Source: an uncultured Spirochaetota bacterium (GTDB lineage: Bacteria > Spirochaetota > Brevinematia > Brevinematales > JAOACQ01). From it: a stretch of DNA of 64,000 nt. Below, in pieces: positions 8,321 to 17,440 of this stretch. The stretch covers positions 96,001 through 160,000 of the forward strand of contig CAVYGN010000001.1 of the NCBI GenBank assembly GCA_963768055.1, read 5' to 3'. The notes under the pieces were generated by a model. The model had not been told where the DNA came from, did not search any database, and saw only the letters and a program-made list of their open reading frames with translations. Position numbers and translations under genes: made by a program. Numbering within the stretch: position 1 is the first letter of the stretch; each line of letters starts with the position of its first letter.

Positions 8321-10639
8321 TCAAATTTCTATATAATTAACATTTCTATATTTTTTATTGTTATTGAAAATTTCTTTAATTTCACCTTTCGATGAAAAAT
8401 ATAATATTTGCCACCCCTTATCTATAATTTTTTGAAGCATATTAATTTGTTTTTCCAATCTAATAGGATCAGATTTAATAAATGGATCATCCAGAATAAA
8501 GAAACCTTTACTTCCTTTCAAAAGCTTTTCTCCAAGTGCAAGCCGGATGGAAAAATATAATTGGTCCCACGCTCCTCCTGATAATTTTTCAGCTTCTAAA
8601 ACTTCTCCATTCTGTCGTCTGACTTTTATTTTATCATTTTCCTGGCTAAAAATAACTTCTTCATAGAAGTTACCTGTTATTTCAGCAAAAAACTTTGAGG
8701 CCGGGCTATTTTTTCCAAAAAGCACAGAAACCTTTTCTTTTTCTTCAGCTTCTATCTCTTCAAATATTTTAATACCTTCCAGTGCGTTTTCCCTGTTATT
8801 TTCAGTTTTATTTATAAATTCCTGCAATCTATTTAAAAGTTCTTCCAGTTCAATAGTTGTTGTACAATAAATACTTTCACTTTCTGCATGTAAAACTTCA
8901 TTTGCCTTTTTTCCAATTTCATTCATTTCATTTTGAATATCTTTTAATTTTTGATTTAATATATTCAAATTATTTTCAAATTCATTTTTTTGATTGTTTA
9001 ATTTTAAAAATGATGTTTCATTAAAATTTATAGATTCTGCTTTATCTTCATATTCTTTTAATTTTTCTATTTCCTCAGTCCAGAAATTAATATTTTCTTT
9101 TAAAATTTTGCTCTTTGAATCAAATAAACTATTTAAGATACTTTCTTGTTCTTTTATTGACCTCTCATATTGACTTTTTAAAATAAGTTTCTTTGTATAT
9201 TCTTCCAATGATTCTTCTTCAGATTTACTTTTTATCAAATTGATTTTTTCAAGGATATTTTTTATTTTATTTTTTATCCCTGGAATTTTTACTTCTTTCA
9301 ATTCTTTTATTTTATCTTTTTTGATTTCCAGTTTTCTCTTAAATTCTTGCAATTCATTTGATTTTTTATCATAGTTTTCATTAAACCTTTGCATTAATGA
9401 AAGTATTTCTTCTATATTATCAGAAGCCAGTTCAAATTTTGATAAATATAATCTTATTGCATTAAATGAGCTTGAAAACAAGGCTTTTTTCTTTATAAAT
9501 TGATACTGTAATATAAAAAAAATACTAAAAACAATGATAGAAAATGAAGCGAGGAGATAAAAAAAATAGTATAAAAATGATGGTTTAAGAATAGCTCCAA
9601 ACAAGGATATACAGAAAACAATTGCTGACATAATTAAAAATGGAGTAAAAAATTTACTTTTAATTTCTTGCTGAACTATTTCCCCTTTCTCCTTTTCAAG
9701 GTTTTTTAATTGGGGTTTTACTTCATTTTCCAGATCTTTTTTCCTTTCTTCGTAAATTTTAAAATCACTCACCAATCCAAGGGATTTTTCACTTATAATT
9801 TCATATTCTTTTTCTTCTTTTATTTGTTCTACAAGTAGATTTTCTTTTTCCTCTTCCAAAGTTTTAATATCCTTTTCATTATCCCTCCAAAATTCCCGGT
9901 CTTTCTCATTAATTTCCTCTAGGTTTTCAATTTCTTTTAAAGCTTTTTCCATTTTATTCAAAGCATCTTTTCCTTTTTCATATTTATCTCTTTTCCTTGC
10001 GGCATCAAAATTTTTAATATTTTCTTTAAGGATATCGATTTCTTCACTTTGTTTGGCAAAATTTTCTTCAATCGCATCAAACTGTTTTTCTTTAATTTCT
10101 TTTTTTAATTTTTCAATTTTATCAATAAGATTGACGGCCTGTTCAAACCTTGTTTTTAATTTATCATCTTTATCAGAATCAGTAAGATTATTGTCCTTAG
10201 CAGTAATTTTTCCAAAATTTCTCAAGTTTTTAATTATCTTTGAAATTTCATTAGTTTTTAATCCTGTAAGTCGATCTGTAATATTAATATAAAATTTATT
10301 CTCACACGAAATAGAAAGATTGCTATTTCTTATCACAAAAATATTGTTGTATTCTGCTGAAGTTAATTCAGTAATTTCAGTTAAATAACCTTTTTCAGGA
10401 ATTTTAATTTCTTTACTATTTTCATCTTCAATAATAACATACCCTTCCGGTTCTTCATCTACACGATTAATTTCATTAAATTCTTTATAAGGTTTTAATA
10501 TCATTTTCACAAGCGCATCTATTGATAGAGTTTTTCCCTCCTCATTTTTCCCCCAAAAGAGGTTGAAATTTTTCAACCTAAATATTCCTCTATTAATTAA
10601 CGGACCGTAGTGGGTAATAGAGAATTCTTTAATTTTCAT
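8321..10639 (-). CDS. SbcC/Rad50-like (YhaN-type) ATPase with coiled coil and two central TM helices
   Basis: Walker A GKNEEGKT, signature LSGG, Walker B FFILDDPF; TGATG overlap with upstream nuclease gene. Confidence 0.85.
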   Translation of the reverse strand: MKIKEFSITHYGPLINRGIFRLKNFNLFWGKNEEGKTLSIDALVKMILKPYKEFNEINRVDEEPEGYVIIEDENSKEIKIPEKGYLTEITELTSAEYNNIFVIRNSNLSISCENKFYINITDRLTGLKTNEISKIIKNLRNFGKITAKDNNLTDSDKDDKLKTRFEQAVNLIDKIEKLKKEIKEKQFDAIEENFAKQSEEIDILKENIKNFDAARKRDKYEKGKDALNKMEKALKEIENLEEINEKDREFWRDNEKDIKTLEEEKENLLVEQIKEEKEYEIISEKSLGLVSDFKIYEERKKDLENEVKPQLKNLEKEKGEIVQQEIKSKFFTPFLIMSAIVFCISLFGAILKPSFLYYFFYLLASFSIIVFSIFFILQYQFIKKKALFSSSFNAIRLYLSKFELASDNIEEILSLMQRFNENYDKKSNELQEFKRKLEIKKDKIKELKEVKIPGIKNKIKNILEKINLIKSKSEEESLEEYTKKLILKSQYERSIKEQESILNSLFDSKSKILKENINFWTEEIEKLKEYEDKAESINFNETSFLKLNNQKNEFENNLNILNQKLKDIQNEMNEIGKKANEVLHAESESIYCTTTIELEELLNRLQEFINKTENNRENALEGIKIFEEIEAEEKEKVSVLFGKNSPASKFFAEITGNFYEEVIFSQENDKIKVRRQNGEVLEAEKLSGGAWDQLYFSIRLALGEKLLKGSKGFFILDDPFIKSDPIRLEKQINMLQKIIDKGWQILYFSSKGEIKEIFNNNKKYRNVNYIEI

Positions 10640-11712
10640 CAAGATATCTCCATCATTGACTTGATTGTCATATCTTGCAGTTCTTTTTTCTTTTTTGCAT
10701 CAAAAGCGCTTTCATTTAATTTATTTATAAAAATTTTAAATAAATCATCTTCTAAAATTCTATTTATATCTTTAAATTCAAATTTTGTGTCTTTTTCATC
10801 ATCAATTAAATTCTTATCCTTGATTACATCTTTTATTTTTTTTACAAGATCCTGTTCATTAATTTTCATCTTTAAACCATTAAAATAACCACCAATTGAC
10901 AGTATAAGAGAGGCTTCTGGATTAATATCCTTTAGATATTCACTTACAACTTCTATAGGGTTTTTATCATTAAAAGGATCAAATCTAATAGTGACTTCTT
11001 CAAAATATGAAGTATCCAAAAGATATTCCTTTGGCTTTTTTCCTATTTCGAAGAGATTGACTTTCCTTTTCCCTGTTTCTCTTTTTGTTATTGAAACTGG
11101 TGATCCGGGATAAACAAAATATCCTCCATTTTCTAATTGCCACATATCAAATTTAGAATGGAAATGGCCTCCAAGAACGTATTCAATATTTAAATCTTTA
11201 AAATATGATAGTTTGACAGGCATATATTTTTCATCGCCTTCTTCTCCAAAATCTTTTCTGGAATAAAAAGAATCAAGTAATTCTCCATGATAAAGCAATA
11301 TATTTTTTTTATTGTTTGTCAAACTATTTTTTAGAGAATGTAGTTTTTGGATAATTTTGTCGGAAGTCAGCTTTTCAAATGGAAAACCCCAAATATTGAT
11401 ATCCTTGTATTCATATGGTTTATTTAGATCATTTAATACTATTATATCTTCCCCAAAATACATACCGCTTTTATAAGAATCACTATCATGATTCCCCGGA
11501 ATAACAACTATTTTATAGCCGTTATTTGAGAAAATTTGCCTTATTTTTGTTTTAAGGGTTTCTGCATTTATGTCTTTATCAAAAAGATCTCCACTAATAA
11601 TAAGTATTTCAATTTTTTCCTTTTTTCCGACTTCGATAAGTTTTTCAAGAGCCTTCCATCTTTCGTCTTCAAATTCCCTTAAATGAATATCAGCAGTATG
11701 AAGAATTTTCAT
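10639..11712 (-). CDS. SbcD/Mre11-like metallophosphoesterase nuclease
   Basis: HTADIH, SGDLFD, PGNHD, GHFH, YPGSP motifs. Confidence 0.9.
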   Translation of the reverse strand: MKILHTADIHLREFEDERWKALEKLIEVGKKEKIEILIISGDLFDKDINAETLKTKIRQIFSNNGYKIVVIPGNHDSDSYKSGMYFGEDIIVLNDLNKPYEYKDINIWGFPFEKLTSDKIIQKLHSLKNSLTNNKKNILLYHGELLDSFYSRKDFGEEGDEKYMPVKLSYFKDLNIEYVLGGHFHSKFDMWQLENGGYFVYPGSPVSITKRETGKRKVNLFEIGKKPKEYLLDTSYFEEVTIRFDPFNDKNPIEVVSEYLKDINPEASLILSIGGYFNGLKMKINEQDLVKKIKDVIKDKNLIDDEKDTKFEFKDINRILEDDLFKIFINKLNESAFDAKKKKELQDMTIKSMMEIS

Positions 11713-11772
11713 TATTTGCCTCGATTATTTCTTTCATTTGTCCTCGAAATGATATCTATGATCCCTTACAGC

Positions 11773-12432
11773 TTAATCTGTGGAATCTGTGGTTTCGTTC
11801 TTCCGGTGGAAAACTCTGCCGAATACATATACCGCGCTGAAAGCCAGTAGAAGCCCGGCGGCCGCATCAGCGACATAATGCTGTTTGATGAATAGGGTCG
11901 ATAATACGATCAAGGCGGTCCATAATGCGGCAGGTATTCCGATCCTCTTTTCAAGTTTCCACCAGTGGATAGCCATTACGGTCGATATTGAAGTATGCAG
12001 GCTCGGGAAATCATTATACGGATTGTCGGTGGAATAAACACCCTTGATCAGCCCTGATAGAAAATCGTTTCCTTCAATAGACGGCCTGTCGACATAGGAC
12101 TGAAAAAAATAATAAAATAAATAACTGATTATGAATATTGTTATCATCGATAACGCTGCTGAATGAAAATATTCAGTCCTGAAAAGCAGGAATAAAATAA
12201 GCGAGAAATAAACGTAGAGGTCTAAAGAGATATAAGGTATGACGAATATTTTGACTACCGGTATAATTTTGTCAAAAGGAGTCAGCAGGAATATTCGGGC
12301 CGGGCCATGATTGAGCGGTCCGTACACAAGGGAAACCAGGTAAACGGCCGCAGCCAGGATAACTGCCAGGAAAGTATTAAGCCAGCCGGTATATAAAACA
12401 CCATTTTTTAACCGTGATAATAACCAATTCAA
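11773..12432 (-). CDS. PAP2-superfamily membrane phosphatase/phosphotransferase
   Basis: RP...FPSLHT...KQHYVAD motifs; multiple TM segments. Confidence 0.8.
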   Translation of the reverse strand: MNWLLSRLKNGVLYTGWLNTFLAVILAAAVYLVSLVYGPLNHGPARIFLLTPFDKIIPVVKIFVIPYISLDLYVYFSLILFLLFRTEYFHSAALSMITIFIISYLFYYFFQSYVDRPSIEGNDFLSGLIKGVYSTDNPYNDFPSLHTSISTVMAIHWWKLEKRIGIPAALWTALIVLSTLFIKQHYVADAAAGLLLAFSAVYVFGRVFHRKNETTDSTD

Positions 12433-12537
12433 AAGAACCCCCCTTCGGTGCTTCCTATCCGTAGAAGCGCCTTAAAAAGAATATAGAGGGCAAGGATAAA
12501 TGTCAAAATCTAATAACGGCTGATCTTAAAATCACAG

Positions 12538-12579
12538 ATGTCATTTCGAGGTTAACAGCTGGGATGCTCGAAATGACAT
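12538..12579. repeat. REP-like palindrome (ATGTCATTTCGAG / CTCGAAATGACAT)
   Basis: Perfect 13-bp inverted repeat with 16-nt loop; half-sites recur at 11742, 26920 and 50122. Confidence 0.75.
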
Positions 12580-12650
12580 TGTTTTGGAAAAATTAGCGTA
12601 ATCGTTTTATAATTATGAAAGAGGATCTTGAAACCGATTGGAGTGATATA

Positions 12651-13469
12651 ATGGAATTTACCGAAGATCAGCTTGAACGTTACAGCAGGAATATCCTTTT
12701 AGAGGATATCGGCACTGCCGGCCAGGAAAAGATCTTGAGAAGCAGTGTACTGGTTATCGGCGCGGGTGGGCTGGGGTCACCTGTCGCGCTTTACCTTGCC
12801 GCGGCAGGAGTAGGAACGATCGGGATAGCTGATTTCGACAGGGTGGAGCTGTCCAATCTCCAGAGACAGATCATCCATTTTACTGCGGACATCGGCAAGC
12901 CCAAGGTCCAGTCCGCCCGGGAAAAAATGACTGCGATCAATCCGGATATCAAGGTAAATGCCATAGAAGAATTTCTAAGCGGCGTTAATATTGTTTCGAT
13001 TATTCGGGGATACGACTTTGTGATAGACTGCACGGATAATTTTGCCACCAAGTTCTTGATCAATGACGCCTGCGTCATTGAGAAAAAACCATTTTCTCAT
13101 GGCGGCGTCCTGCGCTTCGAGGGTCAGACGATGACCGTCAAGCCCGGAGAAACGGCCTGCTACCGGTGCATTTTTACTGCGCCGCCTCTCGCCGGCACTG
13201 TTCCTTCATGCCGTCAGGCGGGTGTGCTTGGCGCTGTCGCAGGCATTCTCGGTACGATCCAGGCTTCCGAGGCTTTGAAATTTATTACCGGGGCCGGCGA
13301 AATGCTTTACAACCGGCTCCTTATTTTCGATGCGAAGAAAATGAATTTCAGGAAAGCGGTGTTCAATAAAAATCCGGAATGCCCGGTCTGCGGGGAGAAT
13401 CCGTCGATTACCGAAATTAAAGAAAACTCTCAGTCGGCGATCGACCTGGTTTTCGAATTGAAGAAATAA
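12651..13469 (+). CDS. ThiF/MoeB/HesA-family adenylyltransferase
   Basis: ERYSRNI, GAGGLGS, SNLQRQ, DCTDNF, two CxxC Zn motifs, active-site PSCRQAGV. Confidence 0.92.
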   Translation: MEFTEDQLERYSRNILLEDIGTAGQEKILRSSVLVIGAGGLGSPVALYLAAAGVGTIGIADFDRVELSNLQRQIIHFTADIGKPKVQSAREKMTAINPDIKVNAIEEFLSGVNIVSIIRGYDFVIDCTDNFATKFLINDACVIEKKPFSHGGVLRFEGQTMTVKPGETACYRCIFTAPPLAGTVPSCRQAGVLGAVAGILGTIQASEALKFITGAGEMLYNRLLIFDAKKMNFRKAVFNKNPECPVCGENPSITEIKENSQSAIDLVFELKK

Positions 13470-13844
13470 TTAAACCACAGATTTACACAGATTGATACGG
13501 ATTAATTATTGTAAGGAATGAGAATTTCTCTGTGAAATCCATATAAAATTAGAGAATAAATTGTGATTTACCCCAAAGAGTCATAAGGTATTATTTTACA
13601 TGTAGAAACTGAGGCACGAGAGTATATAAGATGATGTTCATCAATTAAATTATACTATTAAATAAATCAAACCTTAATAAAAATGGTTTAAAGAAATGTT
13701 AAAAAAATAAAATTTATATTAAAATAAAACTCATTTATTCAGTGTGTCGAGGACCGGGTAGATTCCCCAGTGGCAGGGGCATGAGATTCCCCACCTTTTC
13801 CTGAAAAATACCGTTCTTGATTTTAGAGAGAAATCATAAAACTT

Positions 13845-14591
13845 TCAAATAGTTTTCCCTTCCTTCCGGAAAGATTTTCCATCTTTGGATTTTACCAGGA
13901 TTTTAATTGAGCCTGAAACAAGGCGGTCAAGCATAGCCCCTCCAATCACAGGATCAGGGAAGATTGCCAGCCAGTCCTCCGGAGGCCGGTTGCTTGTCAG
14001 AATAATGGACCTGTTTCCAAGCCTTTCATCGACAATCCGGTATAGGTATTCCGTTTCTTCATTGTCGAGTTTTTTAAATCCGAAATCGTCTATTATCAGG
14101 AGGTCTGTTTTAATACACTTTCTGAATAGAGTATTCTTAAACATAAGCTTTTCGCTTTTCAAGTCTTCAAGAAGAACCGCGGCTTTCTTGAAAAGAACTG
14201 TGTTTCCTCTTCTGCAGGCCTCATGGCCGACTGATTTTGCAATGCATGTTTTACCTATGCCGGGAGGCCCGGCGATGACAACAAACTGTCTCATATCCAT
14301 GAAACGGCAGGACGCGATTTCACGAATAAGCCTTGAAGGGATAGCGCTCTCATTGAAATTAAAATCAAACCCCTCGAAAGTGTTTTCCTGGCCGAACTTC
14401 GCTTCTCTCAGCCTCTTTTTGAGCATGTTATTATCCCTCTGGCATAATTCATCCTGAACTAACAAAGAGAAAAATTCTCCATAGTCCAGGTTTGATTCTT
14501 GAGCCTCCCTGATCCGCATAGGAAGGTTGAATAGCATCCCAGGAAGCTTTAACCTCCTTAAGTTTGCCTCAAGCTGATTCTGATGTTCCAT
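13845..14591 (-). CDS. istB: IS21 helper ATPase IstB
   Basis: GPPGIGKT, LLIIDDFG, LTSNR, AMLDRL motifs. Confidence 0.95.
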   Translation of the reverse strand: MEHQNQLEANLRRLKLPGMLFNLPMRIREAQESNLDYGEFFSLLVQDELCQRDNNMLKKRLREAKFGQENTFEGFDFNFNESAIPSRLIREIASCRFMDMRQFVVIAGPPGIGKTCIAKSVGHEACRRGNTVLFKKAAVLLEDLKSEKLMFKNTLFRKCIKTDLLIIDDFGFKKLDNEETEYLYRIVDERLGNRSIILTSNRPPEDWLAIFPDPVIGGAMLDRLVSGSIKILVKSKDGKSFRKEGKTI

Positions 14592-14609
14592 ATTTCCTCC
14601 TCATTATCT

Positions 14610-16151
14610 CTATTGAAAGTAATAGCTGCCGTCCCTGGTCATTTCAGACCCTTCTTCTGAAATTTCAAACAGGGTGTCCTGTTTATCCTTTCCTTCATTT
14701 TCCATCCAGCTTTTGAATAGTTTGGGATCGGTTATTTTTGCCGATATTGCTCTTTCACAGACTTTATTAAAGTATTCTTCTTTCGAGAATGTTTCCATTA
14801 CACTTAAGAACCCCAGGGCCCTCCGGCAATTCAGATTAGCATGAACAGCAAGGATTTGAAAGATCAACTGGTATGCGGCTTCTCCGTATTTCCTCGACTG
14901 GTCTAATAAATACTTGGGGTATCCCCCGGATAGCATCTCCCTTGTATTCTCCGGAAAATCAGTCTTTTCATATGCTGCATGTCCTCTTGGTACGACAAAT
15001 TCCCGGATAAGTTTGTACTGGAAGAAGATCTTCACTAAATTGCCGGTTCTCCTGACAAAGACTTCCTCTCCACGATACCTGGGAGGCAGGGAATACCTCT
15101 TTTTCTCGAACTGGACAAATTGGTCCGGGTGTACCTTGGCCTTTTTCCATACGGGAGTCTTAAACCTTTCTTCAGGAAGCTTCTTAAGCAGGGGCTTCTC
15201 TATCGTTTCAAATACCTCTATTGGTTTCAAACCTGTTGTTCCATGGTTCCTCATCCCGTATTCATACCTGCACCATTCCAGAGCTTTGATGTTTAATTCC
15301 TTTAACGAGGCTCCGGGATTAAGGGCTTTAAGTTTTCTGAAAAGCTCTCTGGCAACAGGGACCATTCTCTCTATCTTGGCTTTATCCTTTGGTTTCCTTA
15401 CCCTGCAAGGATCAAGAAAAGTATTGTAATACTCCGCATAATCAGCATATGCCTGATTATATTTAGGATCGTAAAGGTCCGGTGATATGATGCCGGTTTT
15501 CAGATTGTCCAGGGATATTCTTACAGGCACACCGCCGTAAAACTCCAGCATATCCACATTGCTTTCAACGAATGATTCCTGGTTTTGTGAATAGACATAT
15601 TGAACAAATGGCAGCCTTGAACTCGACATTATTCCGATAAAAGACTGCACGATCTTGTTGTGCCCCAGGTATTCCATTGTGCCGGCCCTGCCGTAGTCAA
15701 GCTGGATCTCCTGACCAGGGTTAGTTTCAATCCGGATGGTTTCCTTTAATTCTTTAGCTGTAAGGCCGCTCTTTATCGAGAATCTCTTGAAACTTGTATA
15801 GCTTATGTCCAGATTATGCCTTATACAGACAACTTCAAAGGCTGTCTTGGGTTTCATTCCGTTTTTCGGGTCATTTATGAGCCCGTACAGCTCATCTTTA
15901 TATCGTTCAAGTATGCTTGCCTTATTTTCATTTTTTGGAGGCCCTACAAAGGGGCGTTTCAGATGGAATTCTTCCCGGCTTATTGTTTCTCCCGCCTTTT
16001 CAAAGCCGTAATCGATAATTTTTTGAATCGCTAGTCGGACTGTTTTCCTATCCCTGTTTTCCTGTTCGGAAATTTCACTTATGCTTTGATCGGCTTTCCA
16101 TCGTCTGTAAATGTCATAGTAATCCTGTTCGTTCATAAATCTGTACCCCAT
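14610..16151 (-). CDS. istA: IS21 DDE transposase IstA
   Basis: ETNPGQEIQLDYG, FYGGVP...LDNLKT, KPKDKAKIER motifs. Confidence 0.95.
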   Translation of the reverse strand: MGYRFMNEQDYYDIYRRWKADQSISEISEQENRDRKTVRLAIQKIIDYGFEKAGETISREEFHLKRPFVGPPKNENKASILERYKDELYGLINDPKNGMKPKTAFEVVCIRHNLDISYTSFKRFSIKSGLTAKELKETIRIETNPGQEIQLDYGRAGTMEYLGHNKIVQSFIGIMSSSRLPFVQYVYSQNQESFVESNVDMLEFYGGVPVRISLDNLKTGIISPDLYDPKYNQAYADYAEYYNTFLDPCRVRKPKDKAKIERMVPVARELFRKLKALNPGASLKELNIKALEWCRYEYGMRNHGTTGLKPIEVFETIEKPLLKKLPEERFKTPVWKKAKVHPDQFVQFEKKRYSLPPRYRGEEVFVRRTGNLVKIFFQYKLIREFVVPRGHAAYEKTDFPENTREMLSGGYPKYLLDQSRKYGEAAYQLIFQILAVHANLNCRRALGFLSVMETFSKEEYFNKVCERAISAKITDPKLFKSWMENEGKDKQDTLFEISEEGSEMTRDGSYYFQ

Positions 16152-16582
16152 CCATTCCCCTCCGGTTTTTTCCGGAGAGTATGTTTGATTTTTTAGATTC
16201 TGAACAGGAAAAGGTGGGTGGGGAATCTCATGGCCCTGGATGCTAAAAAGTGGGGAATGTGGTGGCCCTGACCCTGGGGAATCTCATGGCCCTATTTTGC
16301 CTTTTTACTGGGGAATCTGGGTGGCCCCGGACAAGTGTCTACAATTCATAATTATGTTATGATTACACAGATATTTCCTTATATACCAATACATTACAAT
16401 TTTTAAACCCCGAAAAAAGATTTCTGGTTATAGCGTTATCTGAAATGACATCTGTGCAATCGGTGCAATCTGTGGTTCCAATCACAGGTAATCCTATAGG
16501 AAAATGGTTGTTAATTTACAAAACCTGGAAATCATTATATAATTTTCGTTATGAAAAATCTGAAATGGACAGGTTGTCGAAT

Positions 16583-17440
16583 ATGAACATATTTATAATT
16601 ATTCTCCTCGCTGTAGTCCAGGGAATGGCGGAGCTTCTGCCTATATCGAGTTCAGCGCATGTCATTCTTGTTGAAAAATTCCTGGGCTTAAACCCCTCTT
16701 CCCCCGAAATGACTTTTTTACTTGTTATGCTCCATACCGGGACTATGTTTGCCGTTCTTATATATTTCTGGCCCCGCTGGAAAAGATTATTGTCAAAAGA
16801 AAATCCCAACCGATGGAATTTTGTCAGGATGGTGATTTACAGTACGGCAGCTACGGGAATAGTTGGACTGGGGCTATTATATTTAATTGAAAAATATGGA
16901 TCCCCCGGAAAATCGGTAGAAGACATATTCGGCAACACTTTAATAATAGGGACCGCTCTCGGAGCTGCGGGAATATTAATTATCGTTTCAGGGCTTTTTA
17001 ATAGGAATATAGAAAAAGATAAAATCGATTTCGATTCAAAAAATTATGAGTTAAAAAATTCCTTTCTTGTAGGGATTGTCCAGGGTCTGGCTCTTCCCTT
17101 CCGCGGATTTTCAAGATCGGGTTCGACTATATCAACCTCCATTCTGCTTGGACTGCCTAAAGGCTTCTCCGAAGATTATAGTTTTATCCTCGCACTTATT
17201 ATAACCCCGCCGGTCATTATCCGTGAATTTTTACGTCTCAGGCATTTTGCCGGGGCGAATATAAGCCTTCCTTATTTACCGGGAATATTGGGAATGATAT
17301 TCAGCTTTTTTGCCGGCCTATTAGCAATTAAATGGCTTTCATCATGGCTTGAAAAAGGCCGCTGGTCTATATTCGGCTGCTACTGCCTCGTTCTCTCCGC
17401 ATTTATCCTGACTATGACGGGTTTGAATATTCTCAGGTAA
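16583..17440 (+). CDS. uppP: Undecaprenyl-diphosphate phosphatase
   Basis: QGMAELLPISSSAH and GFSRSGSTI motifs; start moved to ATG 16583. Confidence 0.9.
   Translation: MNIFIIILLAVVQGMAELLPISSSAHVILVEKFLGLNPSSPEMTFLLVMLHTGTMFAVLIYFWPRWKRLLSKENPNRWNFVRMVIYSTAATGIVGLGLLYLIEKYGSPGKSVEDIFGNTLIIGTALGAAGILIIVSGLFNRNIEKDKIDFDSKNYELKNSFLVGIVQGLALPFRGFSRSGSTISTSILLGLPKGFSEDYSFILALIITPPVIIREFLRLRHFAGANISLPYLPGILGMIFSFFAGLLAIKWLSSWLEKGRWSIFGCYCLVLSAFILTMTGLNILR

Larger units (their letters stand above)
13745..16333 (-). mobile_element. IS21-family insertion sequence, apparently complete (2589 bp)
   Basis: Ends TGTC...GACA; 4-bp direct repeat AGTG at 13741-13744 and 16334-16337; subterminal TGGGGAATCTCATGGCCC-type repeats (4 at right end, 2 inverted at left); istA-istB pair. 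Confidence 0.93.

Noticed and set aside
8321..11712. Possibility that the nuclease/ATPase pair or other ORFs are cas genes serving the mini-array
   Set aside because: Motifs are Mre11/Rad50-type; no Cas1, Cas3, Cas5, Cas7 or Cas8 signatures recognised anywhere in the window.
16219..16327. Four ~19-bp direct repeats resembling a CRISPR array
   Set aside because: Gaps are only 5-15 nt and inverted copies lie at the other IS end: IS21 transposase-binding repeats.
16445..16582. Long N-terminal extensions in the ORF track (also 26850-26981, 40501-40533, 61934-61993)
   Set aside because: They run through intergenic or repeat DNA; downstream starts fit family N-termini or RBS better.
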